Origin: a bacterium
GTDB taxonomy: Bacteria; Hinthialibacterota; Hinthialibacteria; Hinthialibacterales; Hinthialibacteraceae
Reading direction: 5' to 3'
Length of the DNA stretch: 64,000 nt
NCBI GenBank assembly: GCA_963662285.2
Contig: CAXXMV010000006.1
Coordinates: 1-64,000 of the forward strand
The position numbers and the translations under genes are program-made. Positions 8,874 to 17,503 of the stretch are shown here, piece after piece. The number at the start of each line of letters is the position of its first letter. Positions within the stretch are counted from its first letter, which is position 1. The notes under the pieces are model-generated. The model was not told the origin of the DNA. It saw nothing but the letters and a program-made list of their open reading frames with translations, and made no database searches.

Positions 8874-9755
8874 TTATTTATTTTTTCCTTTATAAACCAT
8901 GCCGATTGTTGGTTGTTTGGGTAATGGAGCAGCTGGAGCGGCCGGTGTGGTTGAAGCGCTGGAAGTCGGAGCAACTGATTCCGCCGGTTCCTTCGGCGCT
9001 GAAGGAACTTTTTCCTTTATGTCGCTGGCAATGTCGTTTAATATTGAGACAATCAGACGTTTGTCGGATATGACTGTTTCAATCCGGGTTACATCGTTGA
9101 CTTGTTCGTCGAGCGTTCTTTGTAAGACATGAATGTTCGCAATATTGATGGCTTTATTGTCAACTTTGGATTCTGTGAAAATGGAATCTTTAATCGATAG
9201 AGATGAAAGCCGTTGCCGAACCATTTGAATAATCTCGACGCTGCCTGAACTGTTGGCGGATGTAACGATTTTTTGGATTATCATATTCTTGCTTTCTTCA
9301 AGAATATGGATTTCATAGTTGAGAATCGATTTCCAAATATAAATCAAACGCAGTTGCTCTTGTAATAGTTGTTGTTTATTGGAAACCAACTCTGATAATT
9401 TGCGTGAATGAACCGATTTGAGATTACGCATCTCCCTGGTCAACCGCCCCATCTCCAGGGCATTATCACAGATATTTATTTTTTCTTCTAACTGATTTAT
9501 CTGTATTATTCCTGAAATTCTTTCAATATTTTTGACCCGCTGTTGGAATGTACCCATAGTTAATGAAATCTTTTCCGCATCGTTTAAGAACATTTTCATC
9601 CGCTTTAATGCGAATTGCGACTCAGGTTTAAGCGAGTTAGGGGAAACAGAGAGGTCTTCAAGGAATTGATCAACATAAGCGACCTCTTTTTTTAATTGCG
9701 ATAACATTTCATCGCTGGTTCCATAGGTTATCATTTGTATGTGTTGGTTATCCAT
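8874..9755 (-). CDS. Hypothetical coiled-coil protein
   Basis: 293-aa ORF, helical heptad character, Pro/Ala/Ser-rich tail; RBS-like AAGGA upstream. Confidence 0.7.
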   Translation of the reverse strand: MDNQHIQMITYGTSDEMLSQLKKEVAYVDQFLEDLSVSPNSLKPESQFALKRMKMFLNDAEKISLTMGTFQQRVKNIERISGIIQINQLEEKINICDNALEMGRLTREMRNLKSVHSRKLSELVSNKQQLLQEQLRLIYIWKSILNYEIHILEESKNMIIQKIVTSANSSGSVEIIQMVRQRLSSLSIKDSIFTESKVDNKAINIANIHVLQRTLDEQVNDVTRIETVISDKRLIVSILNDIASDIKEKVPSAPKEPAESVAPTSSASTTPAAPAAPLPKQPTIGMVYKGKNK

Positions 9756-9919
9756 GGTGCTTGTTTCCTTGTGTTTATCCTATCATAGCGGTTTGAAGAA
9801 TAATGTTATGATTCGTAATAATAAGCGTGCATATTTTGCGAATCGCTATTGCATCGTTTTAAGTATTTTAACTGATCATACTGAATTGGTAATTCATACT
9901 GATCAGTAATATGGTAAGT

Positions 9920-11449
9920 TTAATCTGTTTTTGTTTGGTCATGAGTGATGATTTGTTTTATCGAATATCCACCATATAAGGTTATGATAAATGGAATCAA
10001 GAACATATAAAGGTGATTAAATCCAGCCGATAAAGATTTAATAATCATCAAGTCAGCGCCATGACTGGTGATCCATTGCCAGTGAAGCGCTATATTGGAA
10101 AATTGGGGCATATAGACAGGTAATTGCTGTATATACATAGTTAAATGAACGTGAATCCTCTCAGGAAAAGTCCTTAATGTTCTGGATAAGAACCAGTTTA
10201 TGATCATGATCGGATCAGCTGATAATCCAATAAATTGGATGAATAGGCTGATTGTTATCAGAACAAACCATCCGATCCGTTTGGGCGTACTATCGAATAG
10301 TGATCTTTTGCCGATCCATAGAGCCGCCGGGATCATCAAGAATGGCGTAATCTGGTAGATATGTCTTGGTCCCCAGTCAAAACCTCCAGCCCAGTTTTGC
10401 CATTTCGACATTACGCCAAGGTAACCGGCAATTAGTAGAAAAACGCCTCCCGCGAGCCAGTTATCCTTTTTCCAAAAGCGTATGATGCCGAATAATGCCA
10501 GAATCAGAGGAGGTGAGTAGACGAAAATGCTGCGTCCGGGAGTGAATAGAAATCCTTGCAGTCCTACAAGGATGGGCGTCAGAAACTGGATATTCTCGGG
10601 TTGATCCTCGTATCCCGTAGAAAGAGGGGCGCCGAAGCGGTGTATGTTATAAAGCAGAATGATGCAGAGAATGCCAACCCAGGGGATGGCGAAAAGGGTG
10701 ATTCTTTTTATATCAAAATTTATTTCGAATTTCTGGTTGGATTTTATTAATAGGAGCCATGCCGCCGCCGGGGCGGTGATCAGGCTATCCAGTCGCGTCA
10801 AGACGGCGTAAGACCAGAATAATCCTGCGCATAATACCCATAAATACCTTGAGTTATATTCGGCATTGACCAGGCAGGCCAGGGCCGCCATCAGGCAAGC
10901 GGCTACTAGCGGTTCGGTAAAGAAAGTTCTGCCATGAGGCCAGATGCAAGTACAGAAAGCGAGCAGAAGAGAAGCGAATATAGCGTTGGTTTCGGATAAG
11001 CCCAGTTGAGAGACAATTCTATAAAAAAGCAGGATAGTCAAAGCGCTTATGATCATGGAGAAGATGGTCATCCAGGCGCGCAGGAAGGTTGAGCCGACTG
11101 GCTCGTTGGATTTGTCGAAGAAAGATTCCAGGTTGTTTAACTGGTCGTGATTTTCTGATCGGTCGATCATGGTTCCTAATGCGCACCAGGGTAGGGAGGC
11201 TATGGGAAGCCCTAAACCGTATTGGGCGTATTCATGGCCGTTTTTTCCGGTTTTGCTGGCGAATCCGTCTAAAGACGGGATGGCGCCGTAATGACCTTGC
11301 AGTAATGATAATGTGGTGCGCAGGTTTAATTCCTCGTCGGGCGCGGTAAGGAAATGGGCGGGAGAAAGCAGTAGATATATGCCGAATATGGTTGCAAATA
11401 ATGCTAAACAGGTTTTGATTGATGATTTTCTATCGATTGTATGCGTCAT
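9920..11449 (-). CDS. Polytopic membrane protein, probable GT-C fold glycosyltransferase (ArnT/PMT-like)
   Basis: Acidic 'PDEE' after TM1, 'FFTEP', 'LTRLD', 'WGPRH' and about 10 or more TM helices. Confidence 0.7.
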   Translation of the reverse strand: MTHTIDRKSSIKTCLALFATIFGIYLLLSPAHFLTAPDEELNLRTTLSLLQGHYGAIPSLDGFASKTGKNGHEYAQYGLGLPIASLPWCALGTMIDRSENHDQLNNLESFFDKSNEPVGSTFLRAWMTIFSMIISALTILLFYRIVSQLGLSETNAIFASLLLAFCTCIWPHGRTFFTEPLVAACLMAALACLVNAEYNSRYLWVLCAGLFWSYAVLTRLDSLITAPAAAWLLLIKSNQKFEINFDIKRITLFAIPWVGILCIILLYNIHRFGAPLSTGYEDQPENIQFLTPILVGLQGFLFTPGRSIFVYSPPLILALFGIIRFWKKDNWLAGGVFLLIAGYLGVMSKWQNWAGGFDWGPRHIYQITPFLMIPAALWIGKRSLFDSTPKRIGWFVLITISLFIQFIGLSADPIMIINWFLSRTLRTFPERIHVHLTMYIQQLPVYMPQFSNIALHWQWITSHGADLMIIKSLSAGFNHLYMFLIPFIITLYGGYSIKQIITHDQTKTD

Positions 11450-11564
11450 GTGTTTATCCGTTATGTTAATAAATCCGTAATAATTTAATAATCCACGCTA
11501 TATTATCCGTTTGCCAACTTAACCGCCCGTGATATACTACCCCAGCGATTCAAATCAAACTACC

Positions 11565-11634
11565 TTAGAGTGGTTTTCATAACAATGTTTTGACTCGTTA
11601 TAATAGGCGAACATGATTTTGATAATTGCTCTAA
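11565..11634. repeat. About 70-bp inverted-repeat element (TAGAG...CTCTA) in the yebC leader; related sequence at 14879-14960
   Basis: ttagagtggttttca pairs with tgataattgctctaa (G:U allowed); 23 of the first 30 nt are identical to 14879-14908. Confidence 0.45.
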
Positions 11635-11681
11635 ACAACGCATCAATCCGTTGATTTCGATGAAAGTAAGGTTGAACGAAT

Positions 11682-12428
11682 ATGTCCGGTCATTCCAAAT
11701 GGAGTACGATTAAACACAAAAAAGCCAAGTTGGATTCTGCGCGAGGCAAAACCTTTACCAAAATTATTAAAGAACTTACAGTTGCGGCTCGTATGGGCGG
11801 AGGCGACCCTTCTACTAATCCCCGGCTTCGTTCAGCGATGGATAACGCGCGCGGCGCCAATATGCCCAAGGATACGATGGACAAAGCCATCAAAAAGGGT
11901 ACAGGAGACCTTCCCGGCGTGGTTTACGAAGAAGGCAGTTATGAGGGCTATGGCCCCGGTGGAGTAGCAATTTTCATCGAGGTTTTGACAGACAATAAAA
12001 ACCGCACTACCCCTGAAATACGTCATATGTTCGGTAAATACGGAGGCAATCTGGGTGAGACGGGGAGCGTGGCCTGGATATTCGAACGTCGCGGTCAAAT
12101 TACAATTGAAGGCGAAAACCTGAACGAAGATGAATTAATGGAGGCCGCTATAGAGTGCGGCGCCGACGATGTTCAGTTCGATGAAGGCGTTTGCCAAATT
12201 TTTACCGAACCGCAAGAGCTTGAGGCAGTTAGAGAAGCTATGGAAGAGAAGGGCATCACTCTTACTAAAGTTGAACAAACTCGCATCCCTCAGAATACCG
12301 TAGCATTGGATGGCAAGCCTGCCATGACTATGTTAAAACTGATGGAAGCTCTGGAAGATCACGATGACGCCCAGAACGTCTATGCGAACTTTGATATTCC
12401 TGATGAAGTATTTCAGGCCATGGAATAA
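11682..12428 (+). CDS. yebC: YebC/PmpR family protein
   Basis: MSGHSKWSTIKHKK, NPRLR, YEGYGPGGVA, TDNKNRT, LEDHDDAQNVYAN; upstream of ruvC as usual. Confidence 0.96.
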   Translation: MSGHSKWSTIKHKKAKLDSARGKTFTKIIKELTVAARMGGGDPSTNPRLRSAMDNARGANMPKDTMDKAIKKGTGDLPGVVYEEGSYEGYGPGGVAIFIEVLTDNKNRTTPEIRHMFGKYGGNLGETGSVAWIFERRGQITIEGENLNEDELMEAAIECGADDVQFDEGVCQIFTEPQELEAVREAMEEKGITLTKVEQTRIPQNTVALDGKPAMTMLKLMEALEDHDDAQNVYANFDIPDEVFQAME

Positions 12429-12447
12429 GGCGCCTAACTGGTTGCGT

Positions 12448-12482
12448 CCTCATCTTACCCTCTCCCGGCGGGAGAGGGGACT
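12448..12482 (+). repeat. CCCTCTCCC..GGGAGAGGG REP-like repeat
   Basis: cctcatcttaccctctcccggcgggagaggggact. Confidence 0.75.
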
Positions 12483-12578
12483 TGGTTACCAGATATTATT
12501 GTAGAATATTGCATACGCCCGGTTTGCGCCGGGCGTATTTGTATAATAAGGTATAGAGATAAATTTATGATATGAGTT

Positions 12579-13103
12579 ATGCATAAAATGAGCAATAAAA
12601 CTCCAATGCGTATACTTGGTATAGATCCGGGATTGAGAGCAACCGGGTATGGCATTATAGATGCGGTTAACCGGAATGCCAAAATAGTAGATTACGGCGT
12701 TATCGAAACTTCTTCTAAACAACCTCTTTATCAGCGGTTAAAGATAATCAGTGATGGGATCGAAGATGTCGTCCGTAAATATCAACCCCAAAGGATGGTT
12801 TTTGAAAAACTAATATATTGCAAGAATGTCTCGATTGCTCTTTTATTAGGGCAAGCTCGAGGAGCGGCGATAGTGGCTGGTGCGCGTTTGGATATTCCTA
12901 TGTCCGAATATAATCCCACAGAGATCAAATCGGCGGTGGTGGGACGGGGGAGAGCAAGCAAGGAACAAGTACAGAAGATGGTGCAGATTCTGCTTGCTTT
13001 GCCGGAAATTCCCGAACCGGATCATGCGGCGGACGCACTGGCCGCAGCGTTAACTTATGTACATTCAAAGCCATTAGCTGATTTATTGATACGGATTAAA
13101 TAA
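12579..13103 (+). CDS. ruvC: Holliday junction resolvase RuvC (start may be 12588 or 12606)
   Basis: RILGIDPG, GYGII, FE, LGQARG, EYNPTEIKSAVVGRGRASKEQVQKMV, DHAADALA. Confidence 0.96.
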   Translation: MHKMSNKTPMRILGIDPGLRATGYGIIDAVNRNAKIVDYGVIETSSKQPLYQRLKIISDGIEDVVRKYQPQRMVFEKLIYCKNVSIALLLGQARGAAIVAGARLDIPMSEYNPTEIKSAVVGRGRASKEQVQKMVQILLALPEIPEPDHAADALAAALTYVHSKPLADLLIRIK

Positions 13104-13152
13104 TGATTTAGTAGTGCGTCTAATATGTTTTGCCTAGAGGTGTTTTGAAATT

Positions 13153-13191
13153 CGCCCTCACCCTAACCCTCTCCCACCGGGAGAGGGGACT
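13153..13191 (+). repeat. CCCTCACCCTAACCCTCTCCC..GGGAGAGGG REP-like repeat
   Basis: cgccctcaccctaaccctctcccaccgggagaggggact; an inverted copy lies at 41646-41680. Confidence 0.8.
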
Positions 13192-13282
13192 TTGGTATAA
13201 GTGGTTGTATTGTAAAGACTTATTTGATTAGATGAACTGTTATTTTATAATATCTTATATTGAAGAGGTATAATATAAAATC

Positions 13283-13888
13283 GTGATAACATTCCTCTCT
13301 GGCGTATTAGCGTCAAAAAGAGAAAATTCGGCTGTGATCAAAATTGGCGGAGTCGGATTCGAAGTGGCCATTTCGGTTTCTACTTATCGTGAACTGCCGC
13401 GTGTTGGAGAGCCTGTAACTCTACATACTCATCTTCTGGTTCGCGAGGACAATTTAAGTCTTTGTGGATTTGCTCTTGAGGATGAGCGTGAGATGTTCCG
13501 GATATTATTGGGCGTAAGCGGAGTGGGGGCGAAGATGGCGATGGATGTGTTGTCCAGCCTGCCGGTGAACCGTATTGTTGAAGCGGTTCAGAAGGAAGAG
13601 ACAGCCCTATTGTGTCAGATCCCCGGAATCGGGAAGAAGAGAGCCGAGAGGCTTTTATTTAATTTAAAGCAACTGAATCATGCTTTGTTGCTGGCGCCTG
13701 TTTCTACTTCAGGTAAAGCAGCGGAGGAAGTTTTGGATAATGATCATGTAAGAGAAGCAATCAGCGCTTTGGAGGCGTTGGGATGCAAGCCACATGAGGC
13801 GCATCGCGCTATTGGCGAGGCGGTCGCCGTATTGGGCGAGGAGGCTGGCGCCTCAGAATTGATTAAAGAAGGCTTGCGTCATCGTTAG
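13283..13888 (+). CDS. ruvA: Holliday junction branch migration protein RuvA
   Basis: GGVGFEV, HLLVRED, LLGVSGVGAKMA, IPGIGKKRAERL, C-terminal 'EAISALEALG'. Confidence 0.95.
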   Translation: MITFLSGVLASKRENSAVIKIGGVGFEVAISVSTYRELPRVGEPVTLHTHLLVREDNLSLCGFALEDEREMFRILLGVSGVGAKMAMDVLSSLPVNRIVEAVQKEETALLCQIPGIGKKRAERLLFNLKQLNHALLLAPVSTSGKAAEEVLDNDHVREAISALEALGCKPHEAHRAIGEAVAVLGEEAGASELIKEGLRHR

Positions 13889-13920
13889 AGAGGTTACACC
13901 CTAAGATATGTTGATAATCG

Positions 13921-14790
13921 CTATGAGAGTATATCTGATTTTGTAAGCCGGCGTTTATCTTCTTTTACGTAAGTTTTATCCTTATTACTGGGATTAAAAT
14001 ATATTCGTTCCTTCTGGATTTTACCTTGATGTTTTGGCGTATAGGGTGATTCTTGTCGCAGAAGGAATTTTGTTATAATCTCAATCCCATCGTGCATATT
14101 GATCTGTAATCGTCCGCCGAAAGAGAGAAAAATGTTGTCTGCGGCAGCCTGGTAACAGGCGACCAGGTTGATCTGATCTTCAGGATTATAGAAATCATTG
14201 TTATATAAAGATATCTTTTCTCCACCCGAATTAGTATTAAACGCAACTTGAACCCATTGAGAATCATTCTTTTGATCAGGATAAATATCTGATGATGAAG
14301 AGTTGTGCATCAAAGAGGCATTGATGCGGATTTTATCGGTGGCAGTGATGCATTCATGCAACATCATCAGGATAAAGAAATAAGCTCTTTGCAGCTTAGG
14401 GTATTGACCCCAAATATTGCAATCATCCGGCAGTAGGTTATTCAAAGTGACTATGCGGTTTGGGTTTGTTTTTTGGAAGCGGGATATACTGTTGGAAAGA
14501 CAGTCCATGGCTTGAATGCTTTGAGAAGCGTGTTCGGAAGAATAAACCATAAGCAACAGTTTATCCAGTAATTTTGCAATCTGATCACAGGATTCGGGTA
14601 ACAGGAGATGCATTGCTGGATGATCCGTATCTGTTTTATCCAGCATTTGATCCAGCAATGCCTGTCCAGCAATCTTGGTGAGAAGATTGTTGGCTTTGTG
14701 ATTGATGCCAGGTATGATCTCTACAATCAATTCATAAATTTCTTCGTGATTTAGAGATTCAAAGCGGAAATCAATTGGTTTATGAATCAT
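13921..14790 (-). CDS. Degenerate histidine-kinase-like protein (HisKA/HATPase remnant)
   Basis: 'IIPGINHKANNLLTKIAG' resembles the H-box GIAHDFNNLL; the N, G1 and G2 boxes look eroded; 'FGGRLQI' resembles the terminal HATPase strand. Confidence 0.55.
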   Translation of the reverse strand: MIHKPIDFRFESLNHEEIYELIVEIIPGINHKANNLLTKIAGQALLDQMLDKTDTDHPAMHLLLPESCDQIAKLLDKLLLMVYSSEHASQSIQAMDCLSNSISRFQKTNPNRIVTLNNLLPDDCNIWGQYPKLQRAYFFILMMLHECITATDKIRINASLMHNSSSSDIYPDQKNDSQWVQVAFNTNSGGEKISLYNNDFYNPEDQINLVACYQAAADNIFLSFGGRLQINMHDGIEIITKFLLRQESPYTPKHQGKIQKERIYFNPSNKDKTYVKEDKRRLTKSDILS

Positions 14791-15559
14791 TATAAGCCCT
14801 CAAAATGTAAAAGCAGGATAATATATTTATTTAAATAACTGATAATATGTTCAAATATGACGCTTTAATTGCTGCATCTAGAGTAGTTATCATGATAAAG
14901 TTCTGATTGTCGATTCGTAGAATTTATAAAAGATTGGCTTCTACGAAGACCGAACATGATAATAAACAAAAATAGAATATATTTTCAAAAATCGCTCAAA
15001 TACTATTGAAATGATCCTCTCGTATCAATGAATCAAAACGCAATCCTCCAATAATTACAGCCAGGCTTGGTGAGGAAAATTTGACTACAATAAAAATTCT
15101 TCATCTTTCCCCGTTATATACATATTTCATTCCAATTATATTGAAAATTGCATATTTTTTAATAAATTTAAATAGGTTGATATATTAACGTCTTGTTATT
15201 CGTTTTAGAAATACTGTAAAAAAGGGCGTTTAAAAGGTAAAACGTGGCAATTAATGAAGATATTTATGTGAATTTATCCAATATTCGATTGACATAAAGA
15301 GAATGAAGATAGAAGAAAAAAATGAAAAGTTGAGATTTCCAGGGCAAGTAATTCATCAAGACGATTACATTTTATCGAACTTTGTAGCTCTGGCAGTCAC
15401 ATTTGTGAAAAATGGTTGCATATATTTTACTATTAAAGATAGTTTTGTATTTGTAGATTGTCTTTATTCGAGAGAAAAGTAGTATATATATATGTCAAAT
15501 AGTATTCAGTACAAGATTATTTTTTTTCAGGATATAGAAATAGTATTTATTCTGAAGAA

Positions 15560-15575
15560 TGGTATGTATCTTGTT
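15560..15575 (+). promoter_or_regulatory. Possible sigma-54 promoter of the che operon (non-canonical -12)
   Basis: TGGTATG-TATC-TTGTT (GG-N10-GT), very similar to the motif at 22609-22624; about 85 bp upstream of cheY. Confidence 0.4.
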
Positions 15576-15658
15576 AATGATTTCACTTTAAGGGTATTAT
15601 GGCCTCTTTGGAGTGAAAAATTAATCAAAATCTTTTCCACCATAAAGGAGGGGGAACA

Positions 15659-16024
15659 GTGAGCTGCAATATACTGATCGTAGATGATGCTGCTTTTATG
15701 CGGGCTACCTTAAAGGATGTGATGACAAAAGGCGGCTTTGAAGTTGTTGGTGAAGCGGTGAATGGCAAAGAAGCCATTGATAAGTATAAAACCTTGAAGC
15801 CGGACATCGTAACCATGGATATCACTATGCCGGAAATGGATGGTTTGGAGGCGCTGAAAGCAATTGTCAGTTTGAATGCTGATGCCAAAGTTATAATGGT
15901 AAGTGCGATAGGTCAACAGGCTAATGTTTTACAAGCAGTAAAAACCGGCGCCAAAGACTTTATTGTAAAGCCATTTCAACCGGATCGTATTATTGATGCA
16001 TTAACTAAAGTGGCTGCCATGTAA
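15659..16024 (+). CDS. cheY: Chemotaxis response regulator CheY
   Basis: ILIVDDAAFMR, PDIVTMDITMPEMDG, MVSA, GAKDFIVKPF; single receiver domain heading the che operon. Confidence 0.92.
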   Translation: MSCNILIVDDAAFMRATLKDVMTKGGFEVVGEAVNGKEAIDKYKTLKPDIVTMDITMPEMDGLEALKAIVSLNADAKVIMVSAIGQQANVLQAVKTGAKDFIVKPFQPDRIIDALTKVAAM

Positions 16025-16088
16025 ACGTATTGTTTATAAATTATAGATTTTAATAGTATGCAGTCAGAGTTAATACAGGAGAAAGTTT

Positions 16089-16559
16089 GTGAAAGTTGAA
16101 TACGTTAATCCATTTATCGAATCTGCAGCGGAGGTTTTGGAGGAGATAGCGAATCTCAAGACGGAACGCGGCAGTCTCAAGTTGAAAGATGCAAACTCGC
16201 CGTTTCGTGATGTCAACGCAATTCTGGGCGTCATCGGTCAGGTCCATGGACAAGTGATATATGGATTTGATGAACCAACTGCGAAAAGTATTGTTTCGCG
16301 AATGATGATGGGCGCAGAAATAATTGAATTCGATGAAATGGCGCGTAGCGCTCTGGGAGAACTGGGAAATATTATTTCCGGAAAAGCGTCGGTCTCTTTG
16401 GAAAGTGCGGGATATCCCATTGAATTGTCTCCACCGACTTTAGTGATGGCTCAAAATGTGAGAATTTCCTCGATGAATATTCCGATGATTGTAGTGCCAT
16501 TGGAGTCGGAATGCGGGACCATGAATATATATGTTGGTTTAGAAGAGAGTTCTGACTAA
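16089..16559 (+). CDS. cheX: Chemotaxis phosphatase CheX
   Basis: MKVEYVNPFIES, SALGELGNIISG (E-x-x-N motif), LSPPTLV. Confidence 0.92.
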   Translation: MKVEYVNPFIESAAEVLEEIANLKTERGSLKLKDANSPFRDVNAILGVIGQVHGQVIYGFDEPTAKSIVSRMMMGAEIIEFDEMARSALGELGNIISGKASVSLESAGYPIELSPPTLVMAQNVRISSMNIPMIVVPLESECGTMNIYVGLEESSD

Positions 16560-16592
16560 CTGTTTTGTTTTTTAAAACCGAGGTTAGCAAGA

Positions 16593-17480
16593 ATGCAGGG
16601 AACCGCTATGCCGGAAACACAAAAGACCCAAACGGTGCAGCCGATGATTAGTTCATCTTTTAATATGAACGACAAAGAATTTAATACATTACGGCAATTG
16701 GTCTATGATCATTGCGGTATTGAGGTGCGACCTCAAAAGAAGCAATTGATGGTCAATCGTTTGGCCAAGCGTTTACGTCACTTGGGTATCCAGACATTCT
16801 CTCAGTACTTGATGTATTTGGATAAAGGGAATCATCGCGATCAGGAATTCATCGAACTTATTGATGCCATTACCACTAATAAGACTGATTTTTTTCGTGA
16901 ACCAAAACATTTTCAATTTATCGAGGATACCGTAATTCCTGAAATAATATCTACTGTTCCGAAGAATATAAAAAAAATCTCTATTTGGTCTGCCGCATGT
17001 TCTTCGGGAGAAGAACCATATTCAACCGCCATCTGTTTAACAGAGGCGTTGAGTAAGCATATCGGTTGGTCCTTTGATATCACGGCGTCAGATATCTCAG
17101 AAACCATTTTACGCCAGGCTACAACGGGGATATATGATGAAAATAAAGTTACTCCTATCCCGGTGAATTTGCTAAGAAAGTATTTTCTGCGCGGTAATAA
17201 GCGTTACAAAGTTAAACCTGAACTAGTCAAGAACATAACGTTTAAGAAAATCAATTTGAATCTGGACTTTAATCGGATGTTATCAGGCTATGATGTGATT
17301 TTTATCCGTAATGTTCTGATATATTTTAATCGCCAGACTCAGCAAAGCATTATCGAAAAATGTTGGAAAGTATTGAGACCTGGTGGATATCTATTTCTGG
17401 GGCATAGCGAAACTCTCCAGGGAATGGAAACGAAATTTCATTACGTCCTTCCCGCTATTTATCAAAGGGAAATCGAATAA
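16593..17480 (+). CDS. cheR: Chemotaxis methyltransferase CheR
   Basis: ITTNKTDFFRE, IWSAACSSGEEPYS, ASDIS, DVIFIRNVLIYF, GYLFLGHSE. Confidence 0.96.
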   Translation: MQGTAMPETQKTQTVQPMISSSFNMNDKEFNTLRQLVYDHCGIEVRPQKKQLMVNRLAKRLRHLGIQTFSQYLMYLDKGNHRDQEFIELIDAITTNKTDFFREPKHFQFIEDTVIPEIISTVPKNIKKISIWSAACSSGEEPYSTAICLTEALSKHIGWSFDITASDISETILRQATTGIYDENKVTPIPVNLLRKYFLRGNKRYKVKPELVKNITFKKINLNLDFNRMLSGYDVIFIRNVLIYFNRQTQQSIIEKCWKVLRPGGYLFLGHSETLQGMETKFHYVLPAIYQREIE

Positions 17481-17503
17481 AGAAAGTCGGGAGGTATCTT
17501 TTC

